Origin: an uncultured virus (IMG/VR IMGVR_UViG_2718218029_000001)
Lineage: Duplodnaviria > Heunggongvirae > Uroviricota > Caudoviricetes
IMG/VR virus record: IMGVR_UViG_2718218029_000001
Coordinates: 1-64,000 of that record
Reading direction: 5' to 3' (one strand)
DNA length: 64,000 nt
A program made the translations under genes and the position numbers. Every line of letters begins with the position of its first letter. Position 1 is the stretch's first letter. Below the pieces are notes generated by a model. The model saw nothing but the letters and a program-made list of their open reading frames with translations, made no database searches and was not told the DNA's origin. This document shows positions 55,727-64,000 of the stretch, in pieces.

Positions 55727-56059
55727 ATGCGAGAGCAAGAAATACAAAATCAAATTCGGGTGGCGGTATCTAAAAATAAATGTACAATTTTCCGGGCGAA
55801 TGTCGGCAAAGTTAAAACCGAAGATGGTCGCTGGTTCGATGCAGGATTACCGCAAGGCTTTCCAGATTTATTTGGGTTTCGTCATTCGGATGGCAAGATA
55901 TTCTTTATTGAATGTAAAAATGAAACTGGACGGCCACGGGCTGATCAGATTAAATTTCATAATTTTTTGACAAAACAACACATGATTCACGGCATTGCAC
56001 GTAGTCAGGAAGATGCATTGAAGATTATTAATGAGGGACTGGTTGGATATGGATTCTAA
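55727..56059 (+). CDS. VRR-NUC domain nuclease
   Basis: EQEIQ..GFPDL..FIECK..Q motif. Confidence 0.88.
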   Translation: MREQEIQNQIRVAVSKNKCTIFRANVGKVKTEDGRWFDAGLPQGFPDLFGFRHSDGKIFFIECKNETGRPRADQIKFHNFLTKQHMIHGIARSQEDALKIINEGLVGYGF

Positions 56060-56258
56060 TTATTACGGAGGACAAAGATGCCTAAACACACTAAGAAGCA
56101 TTCAACGATTAAACGGAAGCACCGGCAAATGAATAGTGGAATGAAAGAGTTGCGTAGGAGATTGGCGAGGGACCGCAACCAGTGTTTGATGTTTGAGCTT
56201 AAAAGTGAGGCTGCTGGTGTTCAACAGGCCATTAATGAACTAGATGATTTGATAGGGG

Positions 56259-56597
56259 ATGGCGATGATGATTAAAATCGATAAATGTGTTGCTAAACCA
56301 ACAGAATTCAACGTAATTAAGGTTACCAGTGCATTGGGTGATGAAGTACAGCAAGCATTTAAGACTGCTGATAAGCTTGATAAAAAACTAGATAGGCCAA
56401 GAAACACTTGGAAAGCAATATTTCAATATCATGGGTTGATTTGGACTGATATATGGGGGTTTGAATTCATAGCAAATTATGGTAAGGAGAATCAGTGTAG
56501 ACGACAGCCAGTTTCACTTAATGATCGGATTGTCGAAGACCGTGATAGTGAGCAATTCTTAATACCTAATGAGCTATTTGAACGTTATTTTATGTAG
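56259..56597 (+). CDS. Phage hypothetical protein
   Basis: ORF in the co-oriented cluster. Confidence 0.55.
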   Translation: MAMMIKIDKCVAKPTEFNVIKVTSALGDEVQQAFKTADKLDKKLDRPRNTWKAIFQYHGLIWTDIWGFEFIANYGKENQCRRQPVSLNDRIVEDRDSEQFLIPNELFERYFM

Positions 56598-56600
56598 GAG

Positions 56601-56975
56601 ATGGCGACGATGATTAAGTTTAGAGCGTGGGACAAAGTTCAGAAAGTCATGATGGTTCCAAGAGACATTCAGACTGATTCAGATGGTAACATATTCTATG
56701 TTGAGGCTATGGGCCCAGACGGTGAATATGATGAAGGTGACCTGGATGTATTTAAGCTTGAACAGTTTACCGGCCTGAAAGACGTGAATGGCAAGGAAAT
56801 TTATGAAGGCGACATTTTAGAAAATTGGAAGTATCGTTCAATTGTTAAATTTGCTAACGGTAAATTTTTAGCTGATGTAGTTGGAACTATCAGCAGATTT
56901 GACCTTATAGGTGAAACTCACGGTTCAAAGGTTATTGGCAACGTGCACGAGAAACCGGAACTGCTGAAAGGCTGA
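56601..56975 (+). CDS. YopX-family phage protein
   Basis: IKFRAWD, QFTGLKDVNGKEIYEGDI, VIGNVHE motifs. Confidence 0.9.
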   Translation: MATMIKFRAWDKVQKVMMVPRDIQTDSDGNIFYVEAMGPDGEYDEGDLDVFKLEQFTGLKDVNGKEIYEGDILENWKYRSIVKFANGKFLADVVGTISRFDLIGETHGSKVIGNVHEKPELLKG

Positions 56976-57191
56976 TTTTAAGACATTTATAGAAAGCGAG
57001 CGTCAAATTTCCATTTTTACATCTTTTTTATAAAAACGTAAACAGGAGGAAGACAAATGACTGGCACCGAATACGCCAAAGCAAACCAAATCTTACAATA
57101 GTGCATGTATTTTGACAATAATAAATAATGCCACCATGATGATTGCAGGTGAAAATTATGCGATAGTTAGAATGGGAGCGAGGCACAGACT

Positions 57192-57500
57192 ATGAAACGT
57201 ATTGATCATGAAAAGCTTAACAGCCTAGTATGTGAAGTCGAAGATCGCCATGAAAATGGTATTCTTGACGCAAATGAAAAAGAGATGGCACCTATTTGGA
57301 ATATAACCAAGGCAACAATGAAGAGTGGTTATTTAGCAGTTTCGTTGCGACAATACAACTTAATTGAAGCATACGCAATCAAGAGTTCACATACAACAGA
57401 GGAGAAAGACAAAACGTTAAAACAGCTGCATAAAAAGTACAGCTGGCTAAACCGGCGAGTAACAGAATATCGCCATGGCAATTTAATTATTCGGAGTTGA
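57192..57500 (+). CDS. Phage hypothetical protein
   Basis: ORF with SD. Confidence 0.6.
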   Translation: MKRIDHEKLNSLVCEVEDRHENGILDANEKEMAPIWNITKATMKSGYLAVSLRQYNLIEAYAIKSSHTTEEKDKTLKQLHKKYSWLNRRVTEYRHGNLIIRS

Positions 57501-57501
57501 G

Positions 57502-57924
57502 GTGACGGTGGTGGGTGATTTTGAAACTAACAAGAAATTCTTGAGGCGTTACCGGCCTTACTTTAGACAAATCAAGCGGCTGGAAACTAAGCTGTTTGTC
57601 ATTGATGATCGTATTGAGTCGACACATTCACCTAGCATGACAGGACAACCGGGTGGTGGTAAGCGGCGAGAGCTGGCTGATGATTTAATTCAGCGAGAAG
57701 AGATTGAAGCGCGTATTAACAAGCTCATTAAGAAGAGTCGGCCTATCAAAGTTGAAATTACGGATTGTCTGGATGAACTAACTAATTCGCTAGAAGCTTC
57801 TATATTAGAGCAATATTTTATCGAAGATATTCAATTAGACACGATTGCGATTCAGATGTCCTATTCATTTAGGCAAGTCAAACGATTGTATGGCGATGGA
57901 GTTAGACACGTTAATATATTGTGA
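57502..57924 (+). CDS. ArpU/RinA-like late transcriptional activator
   Basis: SPSMTGQPGG; C-terminal sigma-like HTH; last gene before the packaging module. Confidence 0.75.
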   Translation: MTVVGDFETNKKFLRRYRPYFRQIKRLETKLFVIDDRIESTHSPSMTGQPGGGKRRELADDLIQREEIEARINKLIKKSRPIKVEITDCLDELTNSLEASILEQYFIEDIQLDTIAIQMSYSFRQVKRLYGDGVRHVNIL

Positions 57925-57998
57925 TTATGAGAGTCGTTGCAAAACTGCGACGGCTTTTTGTTATAATTATATTAAATTATTTTTTCAAGGAGATAATT

Positions 57999-58658
57999 AT
58001 GACAAAATCAGATGTAATCCAAAGACTGTTAGAGGAGTTGAATAATCAAAATCAAATATATATTGCAATCATTGGTGTAGTTCTTGTTTTCTTTGGTGTT
58101 ATGCAATGGCGCTTTTCTGATAAGCAAATTAAAAAGATGAAAGATGATTTTAAAAAGGATTTTAAAATCGAAGAAATTAACGACTTAATAGATGAAATAA
58201 AAAATACATTGGAGAAGTCACGTAAAAATGAACAAGCGCTAAAAAAGGAAATAGTTGAAGTAACTGATATGAACCTTGATAATGCATCATTTTTTCTGAC
58301 ATATGTAGCTGATGATAGTGCTAAAGTGTTAAGTAATGGAATAATAAATTTTGAACAAGCATTTAATAAATCAATTTCAACACATAATTTAAGCATAACA
58401 ACAGTGCAGCATGTTGTTGCTAATTTTACTATATGCATATCAAGAATGAATAAACTTGGTGTCAAACTCGATTATAAAACGAACGATAAAATGGAAGAAC
58501 TTGTAAGCATAATTACTGAGCAAGCAGCAATTAGTTCTAAAGAGAATACGGATTCAAATCTAATATTAGCTAAACAATCGTTGGCACAAGGAATTAAATT
58601 ATTAAAAGCTGAATTCAAAAAGTATGAAGATGCTATAAGCAACGGCCACCCAAAATAG
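57999..58658 (+). CDS. Low-GC moron: membrane-anchored coiled-coil protein
   Basis: AAGGAG SD; N-terminal TM; own promoter. Confidence 0.7.
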   Translation: MTKSDVIQRLLEELNNQNQIYIAIIGVVLVFFGVMQWRFSDKQIKKMKDDFKKDFKIEEINDLIDEIKNTLEKSRKNEQALKKEIVEVTDMNLDNASFFLTYVADDSAKVLSNGIINFEQAFNKSISTHNLSITTVQHVVANFTICISRMNKLGVKLDYKTNDKMEELVSIITEQAAISSKENTDSNLILAKQSLAQGIKLLKAEFKKYEDAISNGHPK

Positions 58659-58690
58659 ATTTATCTAGGAAATACGTTACCCAGCAAACC

Positions 58691-58734
58691 ATGTCCCCTG
58701 AATGTCACCAAAATGTCCCCTAGATGTCACTAAC
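58691..58734 (+). repeat. Four 11-bp ATGTCnC repeats upstream of the late promoter
   Basis: atgtcccctga atgtcaccaaa atgtcccctag atgtcactaac, then TGgTATATT. Confidence 0.75.
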
Positions 58735-58856
58735 ATGCCGGCAAATGCATGGTATATTTGTATAGTCGAATAGTTCCAAAGAGAAAGTCGTTGCAATTAT
58801 GCGGCGTCTTTTTCTGTTATGATGTTAAGCAATTAATATTTTGGAGGAATTATTTG

Positions 58857-59393
58857 ATGAAAATAACTGTGACTATGTTTACTACTATAATGACGGTATT
58901 AGGAACTTTATTAGGAATTTGCATAAAATCTGTACTTGATCATGTTTTTGATGAAAAATCAAGAAAGCGAGAGATATCAGACAAATTAACAATGGATCAA
59001 TTTAACCGATTAACTGATAATTTAGCAAGGCTTATTGAGAAATGTAGGGTCCAAATTCAAGAAGAACAGTACACTGTACATGGACCTTATTGGAAGAATC
59101 TGGGGAAAACAGATGCAGAGTTAAGTGAAGCTCAAAAAAATGTTGAAGAAAGATCTAGCGAAATCGTAGGACTAAAGGAGATTTGTACTAGTGCATCTTA
59201 TTTTTTACCGAATAATGATGAAAAAGTAAGAATTAAATTAAATGAAATTACTAACATTGTTGATGATGAAATTACTAGTTATTATGAAGCACATATTAGA
59301 TTTTCAGATGATGGTAAAAAGTTTTTAGATAAGCTAAATTTGATACGTCAAGAAAGTTTAATATTAATGCGCGATTCAATACAAATACATTGA
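58857..59393 (+). CDS. Low-GC moron with an N-terminal TM helix
   Basis: GGAGG SD; own promoter and terminator. Confidence 0.7.
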   Translation: MKITVTMFTTIMTVLGTLLGICIKSVLDHVFDEKSRKREISDKLTMDQFNRLTDNLARLIEKCRVQIQEEQYTVHGPYWKNLGKTDAELSEAQKNVEERSSEIVGLKEICTSASYFLPNNDEKVRIKLNEITNIVDDEITSYYEAHIRFSDDGKKFLDKLNLIRQESLILMRDSIQIH

Positions 59394-59430
59394 TAATAGT
59401 AGCGTCATACCAAACGGTGTGGCGTTTTTA

Positions 59431-59537
59431 TGTGCCGTGGCGGAATAGGTAGACGCATAGTCAGACGCGAGTAACGGGTATCGGGTGACACTGATATGAC
59501 CACACGTCATGTAAGGTGCAAATCCTTACCGGCACAT
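59431..59537 (+). ncRNA. tRNA-like RNA with Leu-type D arm and enlarged anticodon region
   Basis: Acceptor tgtgccg/cggcaca; TGGCGGAATAGGTAGACGC D arm; gtaagg-tgcaaat-ccttac T arm. Confidence 0.6.
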
Positions 59538-59611
59538 TGAGTGAACGACTCAGGGCGTAGCACAGCGTCTAAAATGTGAGTTAGCCATTAAGCTAAAAAT
59601 GGTAGTCGACG

Positions 59612-59703
59612 TGTGGTTGATCCTGAATAGGGTCTCTAAGATGAGACCGTCGGGAGTTGGCAAGCTTAGCAGCGGTGCGTGGTTCGATACCACGTCAATC
59701 ACA
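59612..59703 (+). ncRNA. Second tRNA-like RNA (acceptor and T arm only)
   Basis: tgtggttga/tcaatcaca stem; cgtgg-TTCGATA-ccacg T arm. Confidence 0.45.
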
Positions 59704-59914
59704 TTAAATAATTTATTGGAGGTAATACGAATGGAACAATCAGAGTTCAATACAACGCAAGCAATCAATGAGACTTGCTACGGATTAATCAAGCAGGGCT
59801 ATTCACTGCACGACATTTATGATGGTCTGGGTAACGTTATGGACGGGATCGAGCCTAAGCATGCATCTGTGCCAATCTTCTCTAATGGGAAAACATTCTG
59901 GAAAGATTTGCATC

Positions 59915-60253
59915 ATGGCTTGGACGACTGACCAGTGTCGGCAGTTCTATAGTTCCGTTGAGTGGGAACATCTGCGCGCTGCTATCCTTAAGCGTGATCA
60001 CTATGAATGCCAGTGGTGTAAGCGTGATGGTAAGGTCACACGGTATGGCGATGTAGACAGTCGTGGTCGGCCAGTAGTGTTAGAGGTTGACCACATCAAA
60101 GAGTTGGCTAAGTATCCTGAGTTGAAGACTGAGCCAAGCAACCTACGGACACTGTGCAAGGACTGTCACAACAAGCGACATCATCGCATGAACTATCGAA
60201 GCAAGCATGAGCATAAAGAGAACCGTTGGAGTAAAGATGAGAGGTGGGATTAA
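59915..60253 (+). CDS. Packaging-associated HNH endonuclease
   Basis: RDHYECQWC..VDHIK..NLRTLCKDCHNKRH motif. Confidence 0.92.
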   Translation: MAWTTDQCRQFYSSVEWEHLRAAILKRDHYECQWCKRDGKVTRYGDVDSRGRPVVLEVDHIKELAKYPELKTEPSNLRTLCKDCHNKRHHRMNYRSKHEHKENRWSKDERWD

Positions 60254-60495
60254 TGGTGGAACATAATATAACTTGGTCAATAAGCAACGGGCAAAAGATA
60301 CCTGAGATCTATGTTGACGGTGAGCAGGCTCAGGTAGTGTCGTGTAGTTATCAGTTTGTAACGGCTACAGATATTGATGAGTCAGGAGTTAGCATGATGA
60401 CTGCAACCATCTTCTTATTATCGGAGTGCGACTGTAAGCCCATTCAGCATGTGATCTTTATCAATCAACAGACTGGTAAGGTGTTCTATCAATAG
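60253..60495 (+). CDS. Phage hypothetical protein
   Basis: ORF coupled to the HNH gene. Confidence 0.55.
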   Translation: MVEHNITWSISNGQKIPEIYVDGEQAQVVSCSYQFVTATDIDESGVSMMTATIFLLSECDCKPIQHVIFINQQTGKVFYQ

Positions 60496-60512
60496 ACAAG
60501 GAGTGATGATTA

Positions 60513-60755
60513 ATGCGATCAAGAACCGATAACACTAAGCAAGTCGTGGTCTACGTAGTCATGCGTGACCAACAAGCGAATGTATTATTTGCGCATCGCG
60601 TTTATTTTAGTGAACGGCGAGCCAAGAACTATTGTAAACGGATGAATAATGCAGAAGAATTTACTGGATATTACTACGTTGAGAAATGTATCTTTTTTGA
60701 CTGGAAAGCATTTATTGCCAAGGCCCCCGGGGTCAAAAAAATTGGCGAAAAATAG
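60513..60755 (+). CDS. Phage hypothetical protein
   Basis: AAGGAG SD; its 3' end overlaps the GC-rich candidate cos region gcccccgggg (~60723-60732). Confidence 0.55.
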   Translation: MRSRTDNTKQVVVYVVMRDQQANVLFAHRVYFSERRAKNYCKRMNNAEEFTGYYYVEKCIFFDWKAFIAKAPGVKKIGEK

Positions 60756-60832
60756 AAAACTGGGAACCGGTGGGTAGGACTCGACTCCGGAAAAATATTG
60801 TTTTTTTATTCAATTTGAAAGGGGGTGGGGGT

Positions 60833-61150
60833 TTGGACCACCGTAAGATAAGAAGGGAATTGATGCAGCGAATCGATAAAAAATCAGCTGTTGAGAAAGA
60901 GAAGGTTGACCGATATATCAGCCTTTTAGACGTTTTTTATCAGCTTGACGAAAGCATACAAAAGCATGGCGTCATGTTAAAAGTTCAGAATGGCAGTCAA
61001 ACTTATTGGAAGCCAAATCCTGGAATTGCAGAAAAAAATAGAATTAATTCTGCATTAATTACGCTTGAAAAGGACTTTAAAATGCCAAAAATCACACAAA
61101 AAGTCGTAAAAAAGCCCCCTTCTCAATACGATTCAAGTGATTTGGTATGA
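60833..61150 (+). CDS. terS: Terminase small subunit (P27-like)
   Basis: EKVDRYISL..NGSQTYWKPNPGI; directly upstream of TerL. Confidence 0.85.
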   Translation: MDHRKIRRELMQRIDKKSAVEKEKVDRYISLLDVFYQLDESIQKHGVMLKVQNGSQTYWKPNPGIAEKNRINSALITLEKDFKMPKITQKVVKKPPSQYDSSDLV

Positions 61151-62826
61151 TTCACCAAAAGTATGTTGATGAGTATATCGATTTGTACGAGTCCGGAAAG
61201 ATATTACTCAATAAAGAACGGGTTATGCTGATAAATTACCTAAAGAAGTATGTTTTATCTAATGATAACTTGTACTTCGATGATAAAAAAATCGATAATC
61301 TAATTAAATTTACTGAAAAATGGTTCTTCCCAACCGCTGCGTTTCAGAGATTTCTGGACGCTTTTCTTTTTCTCTATGATTCAACGACTGGCACAGTTTA
61401 TTATGATGAGTTCCTGATAATTATGGGACGGGGGGCTGGTAAAAACGGTTGGATTTCATCGACTGGGGCGTTCTTGATAAGCGACTTGAATGGCATTCCT
61501 GGTTACAACGGCTCCATTGTGGCTAACTCGGAAGAACAGGCGAAGACATCTATTGAAGAGATTTATAACGTGGTTGGCAATAATCCAATTTTGCAGAATG
61601 CTTTTAGTGCTGCCAAGTCGTATATCACTTCGAAAGCAACTAATTCCACCCTGGTTTATCAGACTTCTAATGGCAAAACAAAAGATGGTTTGCGAGACGG
61701 GTTTGATGTGTTCGATGAAATCCATCAGTACCCAGATGATTCGGGTGTGTCGGTTTATGAATCGGGGCTTGGTAAACGTCCTGAGTCCCGCCAGTTTGAA
61801 ATTGGTTCTGATGGCTATGTTCGTGGTGGCTATTTGGACGAAAAAAAGAAGGTTGCTTTGAGTGTAATGAGTGGCAAGCTGCCACCTGACACTATGTTTC
61901 CATTTTGGTGTAAATTGGATTCTGCTGATCAGGTAGATGATGAGAAGTATTGGGAACTCGCGAATCCAATGCTATCCAAGCCACTCACGAAATATGGGCA
62001 GACACTTCACAATAAGATGCGAAAAATGTATGTCAAAATGCAATTTGAAACTTCTAAGCGTGAAGAGTTTATGACTAAACGGATGGACTTTCCAATTGAA
62101 GACTTGGAACGTTCAATTGCACCGTATGAACAAATCAAAGCTACTAATAAGCCGGTTCCTGATGATTTAGAGGGTATGGAAGCGATTGGCTCAGTGGATT
62201 TCGCGTCTATTCGCGACTTTACTGCAGATGGTTTAACCATCAAACGAGATGGCAAGCAATACTTTATCAGCCATCAATTTGCCCGCCGCCAATTTGTCGA
62301 TAAGTTCTATGCATATTCAGCTAAGCCACAAGATCGCCCCCAGTCTGCTCCTCCTATTGCTGAATGGGAAGAACGCGGGTTACTGACTGTGGTAGACACG
62401 CCAACAATTGACCCACAAGCCGTAGTTAATTGGTTTTTGGAACAGCGGAAACATTTCATCATTAAGAAAGTTGTCATGGATAACTTTCGTGCCGATCTTT
62501 TGCGTAAGTTTTTCGTAGACGCTGGATTTGAAGTCGCAGTCATTCGGAATCCAACTGCCATTGATGGCCTACTGGCACCGAGAATTGAGACTGGGTTTGC
62601 TAATCATCAATATATCTGGGGGGACAACCCGTTATTGCGGTGGAACACTCAAAACGTGTTGGTTTCGACCGATAGCCACGGTAACAAACGATACGGCAAG
62701 AAAGAAGAGATTCGGCGAAAAACTGATGGCTTTAAAGCGTTTGAATATGGCCAATATCTAGTTGACCAGTTACCCGACTACTCGGTAAATGAATCGCTAG
62801 ATATGTTAGCCGACATTGATTTCTAA
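61147..62826 (+). CDS. terL: Terminase large subunit
   Basis: MGRGAGKNG Walker A, FDEIH Walker B, ANP, KTDG motifs. Confidence 0.95.
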   Translation: MIHQKYVDEYIDLYESGKILLNKERVMLINYLKKYVLSNDNLYFDDKKIDNLIKFTEKWFFPTAAFQRFLDAFLFLYDSTTGTVYYDEFLIIMGRGAGKNGWISSTGAFLISDLNGIPGYNGSIVANSEEQAKTSIEEIYNVVGNNPILQNAFSAAKSYITSKATNSTLVYQTSNGKTKDGLRDGFDVFDEIHQYPDDSGVSVYESGLGKRPESRQFEIGSDGYVRGGYLDEKKKVALSVMSGKLPPDTMFPFWCKLDSADQVDDEKYWELANPMLSKPLTKYGQTLHNKMRKMYVKMQFETSKREEFMTKRMDFPIEDLERSIAPYEQIKATNKPVPDDLEGMEAIGSVDFASIRDFTADGLTIKRDGKQYFISHQFARRQFVDKFYAYSAKPQDRPQSAPPIAEWEERGLLTVVDTPTIDPQAVVNWFLEQRKHFIIKKVVMDNFRADLLRKFFVDAGFEVAVIRNPTAIDGLLAPRIETGFANHQYIWGDNPLLRWNTQNVLVSTDSHGNKRYGKKEEIRRKTDGFKAFEYGQYLVDQLPDYSVNESLDMLADIDF

Positions 62827-62844
62827 CGGAAGGGAGGTGAATAT

Positions 62845-63987
62845 ATGAGTGTAATTAATAGCTTCTTTGACCTGTTTACACGGCGAAAAGACTCCAGCTT
62901 TATTTATGATCTTGATTTGTTCCAGGATATTAAGAACCGAGCCTACTTAAAGCGCATGGCGATTGACACAGTAATCAATTACGTAGGCCGGGCAGTTAGC
63001 CAGTCGGAGTTTCGTGTGATGAACAAGGGGTTACCTGTTAAAGATGCGATGTATTACAAGCTCAATGTCCGACCAAATACTGACGAATCGGCCAGTGATT
63101 TTTGGCAGCATTTTATTTACCAATTGATTTATTACAACGAGGTGCTAGTGATTCAGGACGACGATGGTGATTTATTAATTGCTGATGATTTTAGTCGTCA
63201 CGAATATGCAGTATATGAAGATGTTTTCGACAATGTCACGGTCAAAGAATACACGTTTAAGCGTTCCTTCCCGATGTCTGATGTTATTTACCTGAGATAC
63301 TCCAATGACCAGCTAGAACACTATCTGACTGGTTTGTGGGGAGACTATGGCGAGTTGTTTGGGCGGATGTATGAGCTAGAATTGCGTAATAATCAGATTC
63401 GCGCGACTGTTAAGGCTGATATGACGGCTGGTGTTAATGACGATAAAGCGAACAAACTGCAGAAGTTTATTGACAAGATTTTCCAATCTTTCAGCAAGAA
63501 TTCTGTTGCACTAGTACCAATCACAAATGGCTTTGAATATAACGAAGTATCGAACGGGGTAGGCAAAAATCAGACGTTTGATGAAAGTAACGGCGTGTTA
63601 CTGGCATTCATTGACCATGTTGCCCGGCTGGTAGGAGTGCCACCAGCGTTAATTCATGGTGAAACTGCTGAAAGTGGTGAAAATCAGAAACTGTTCAATA
63701 AGCAGTGCTTGAGTTCGTTATTAAATAAGATTCAGTCAGAGCTTAACGCTAAGTCATTCAGCCAGCGAGATTACTTAAAAAATGGAAAACAAGTTGAAGT
63801 TATTGGCATTAATCGACCAACACTAATTGAACTAGCAGAACAAATCGACAAGCTTGGCTCGTCAGGTATGGTTACTCAAAACGAGGTTCGGTTAGCAGTT
63901 GGGTTGCCACCACGTGAAGACGGTGACCAGATAGTGATGACCAAGAATTATACAATGAAAGGTGGTGAGAATAATGAAGAAGATTAA
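62845..63987 (+). CDS. HK97-type portal protein
   Basis: LNVRPN, VARLVGVPP, TQNEVR..GLPP motifs. Confidence 0.92.
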   Translation: MSVINSFFDLFTRRKDSSFIYDLDLFQDIKNRAYLKRMAIDTVINYVGRAVSQSEFRVMNKGLPVKDAMYYKLNVRPNTDESASDFWQHFIYQLIYYNEVLVIQDDDGDLLIADDFSRHEYAVYEDVFDNVTVKEYTFKRSFPMSDVIYLRYSNDQLEHYLTGLWGDYGELFGRMYELELRNNQIRATVKADMTAGVNDDKANKLQKFIDKIFQSFSKNSVALVPITNGFEYNEVSNGVGKNQTFDESNGVLLAFIDHVARLVGVPPALIHGETAESGENQKLFNKQCLSSLLNKIQSELNAKSFSQRDYLKNGKQVEVIGINRPTLIELAEQIDKLGSSGMVTQNEVRLAVGLPPREDGDQIVMTKNYTMKGGENNEED

Positions 63988-64000
63988 CGTTAAGGGTCCG
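63974..64000 (+). CDS. Start of a Clp-type prohead protease (truncated by the window)
   Basis: MKKINVKGP directly after the portal gene. Confidence 0.6.

Larger units (their letters stand above)
49394..64000 (+). mobile_element. Siphophage/prophage replication, late-control and packaging region
   Basis: Co-oriented Gp157-helicase-NTPase-SSB-primpol-VapE-VRR-NUC...HNH-TerS-TerL-portal gene order. Confidence 0.97.

Overview
Lactobacillaceae mobile DNA (gene content resembles Lactiplantibacillus plasmids and phages), made of three contigs joined at single N bases (37775, 49393). Contig 1 (1-37774) is a mosaic plasmid. It carries a class Ib RNR operon (nrdI-nrdE plus two nrdF-like genes, one lacking its metal ligands and radical Tyr), kup/kdpE-like and opuABC osmoprotection genes, an FRG-domain gene and an MFS-HD-SAH-hydrolase-like operon behind tandem NrdR boxes. 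It also has three holin-like type I TA loci, a MOBQ relaxase with oriT, a type Ib par locus and IS256/IS110/IS3/IS30/ISL3 elements. Contig 2 (37776-49392) looks like a complete ~11.6 kb circular plasmid with pemIK, tyrosine recombinases, a yjdF riboswitch, GNATs and gap, but no recognisable Rep protein. Contig 3 (49394-64000) is the replication-to-packaging region of a cos/HK97-type siphophage. Main finding: both plasmids carry a homologous ~650-700 nt non-coding structured RNA locus with a convergent ~55 nt antisense RNA. The two copies show compensatory base changes and swapped stable tetraloops, and in contig 1 the locus sits where a rep gene would be expected. This is a candidate Rep-independent, RNA-controlled replicon family. 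Many single-base frameshifts, mostly from ~35 kb onward, are probably assembly errors.
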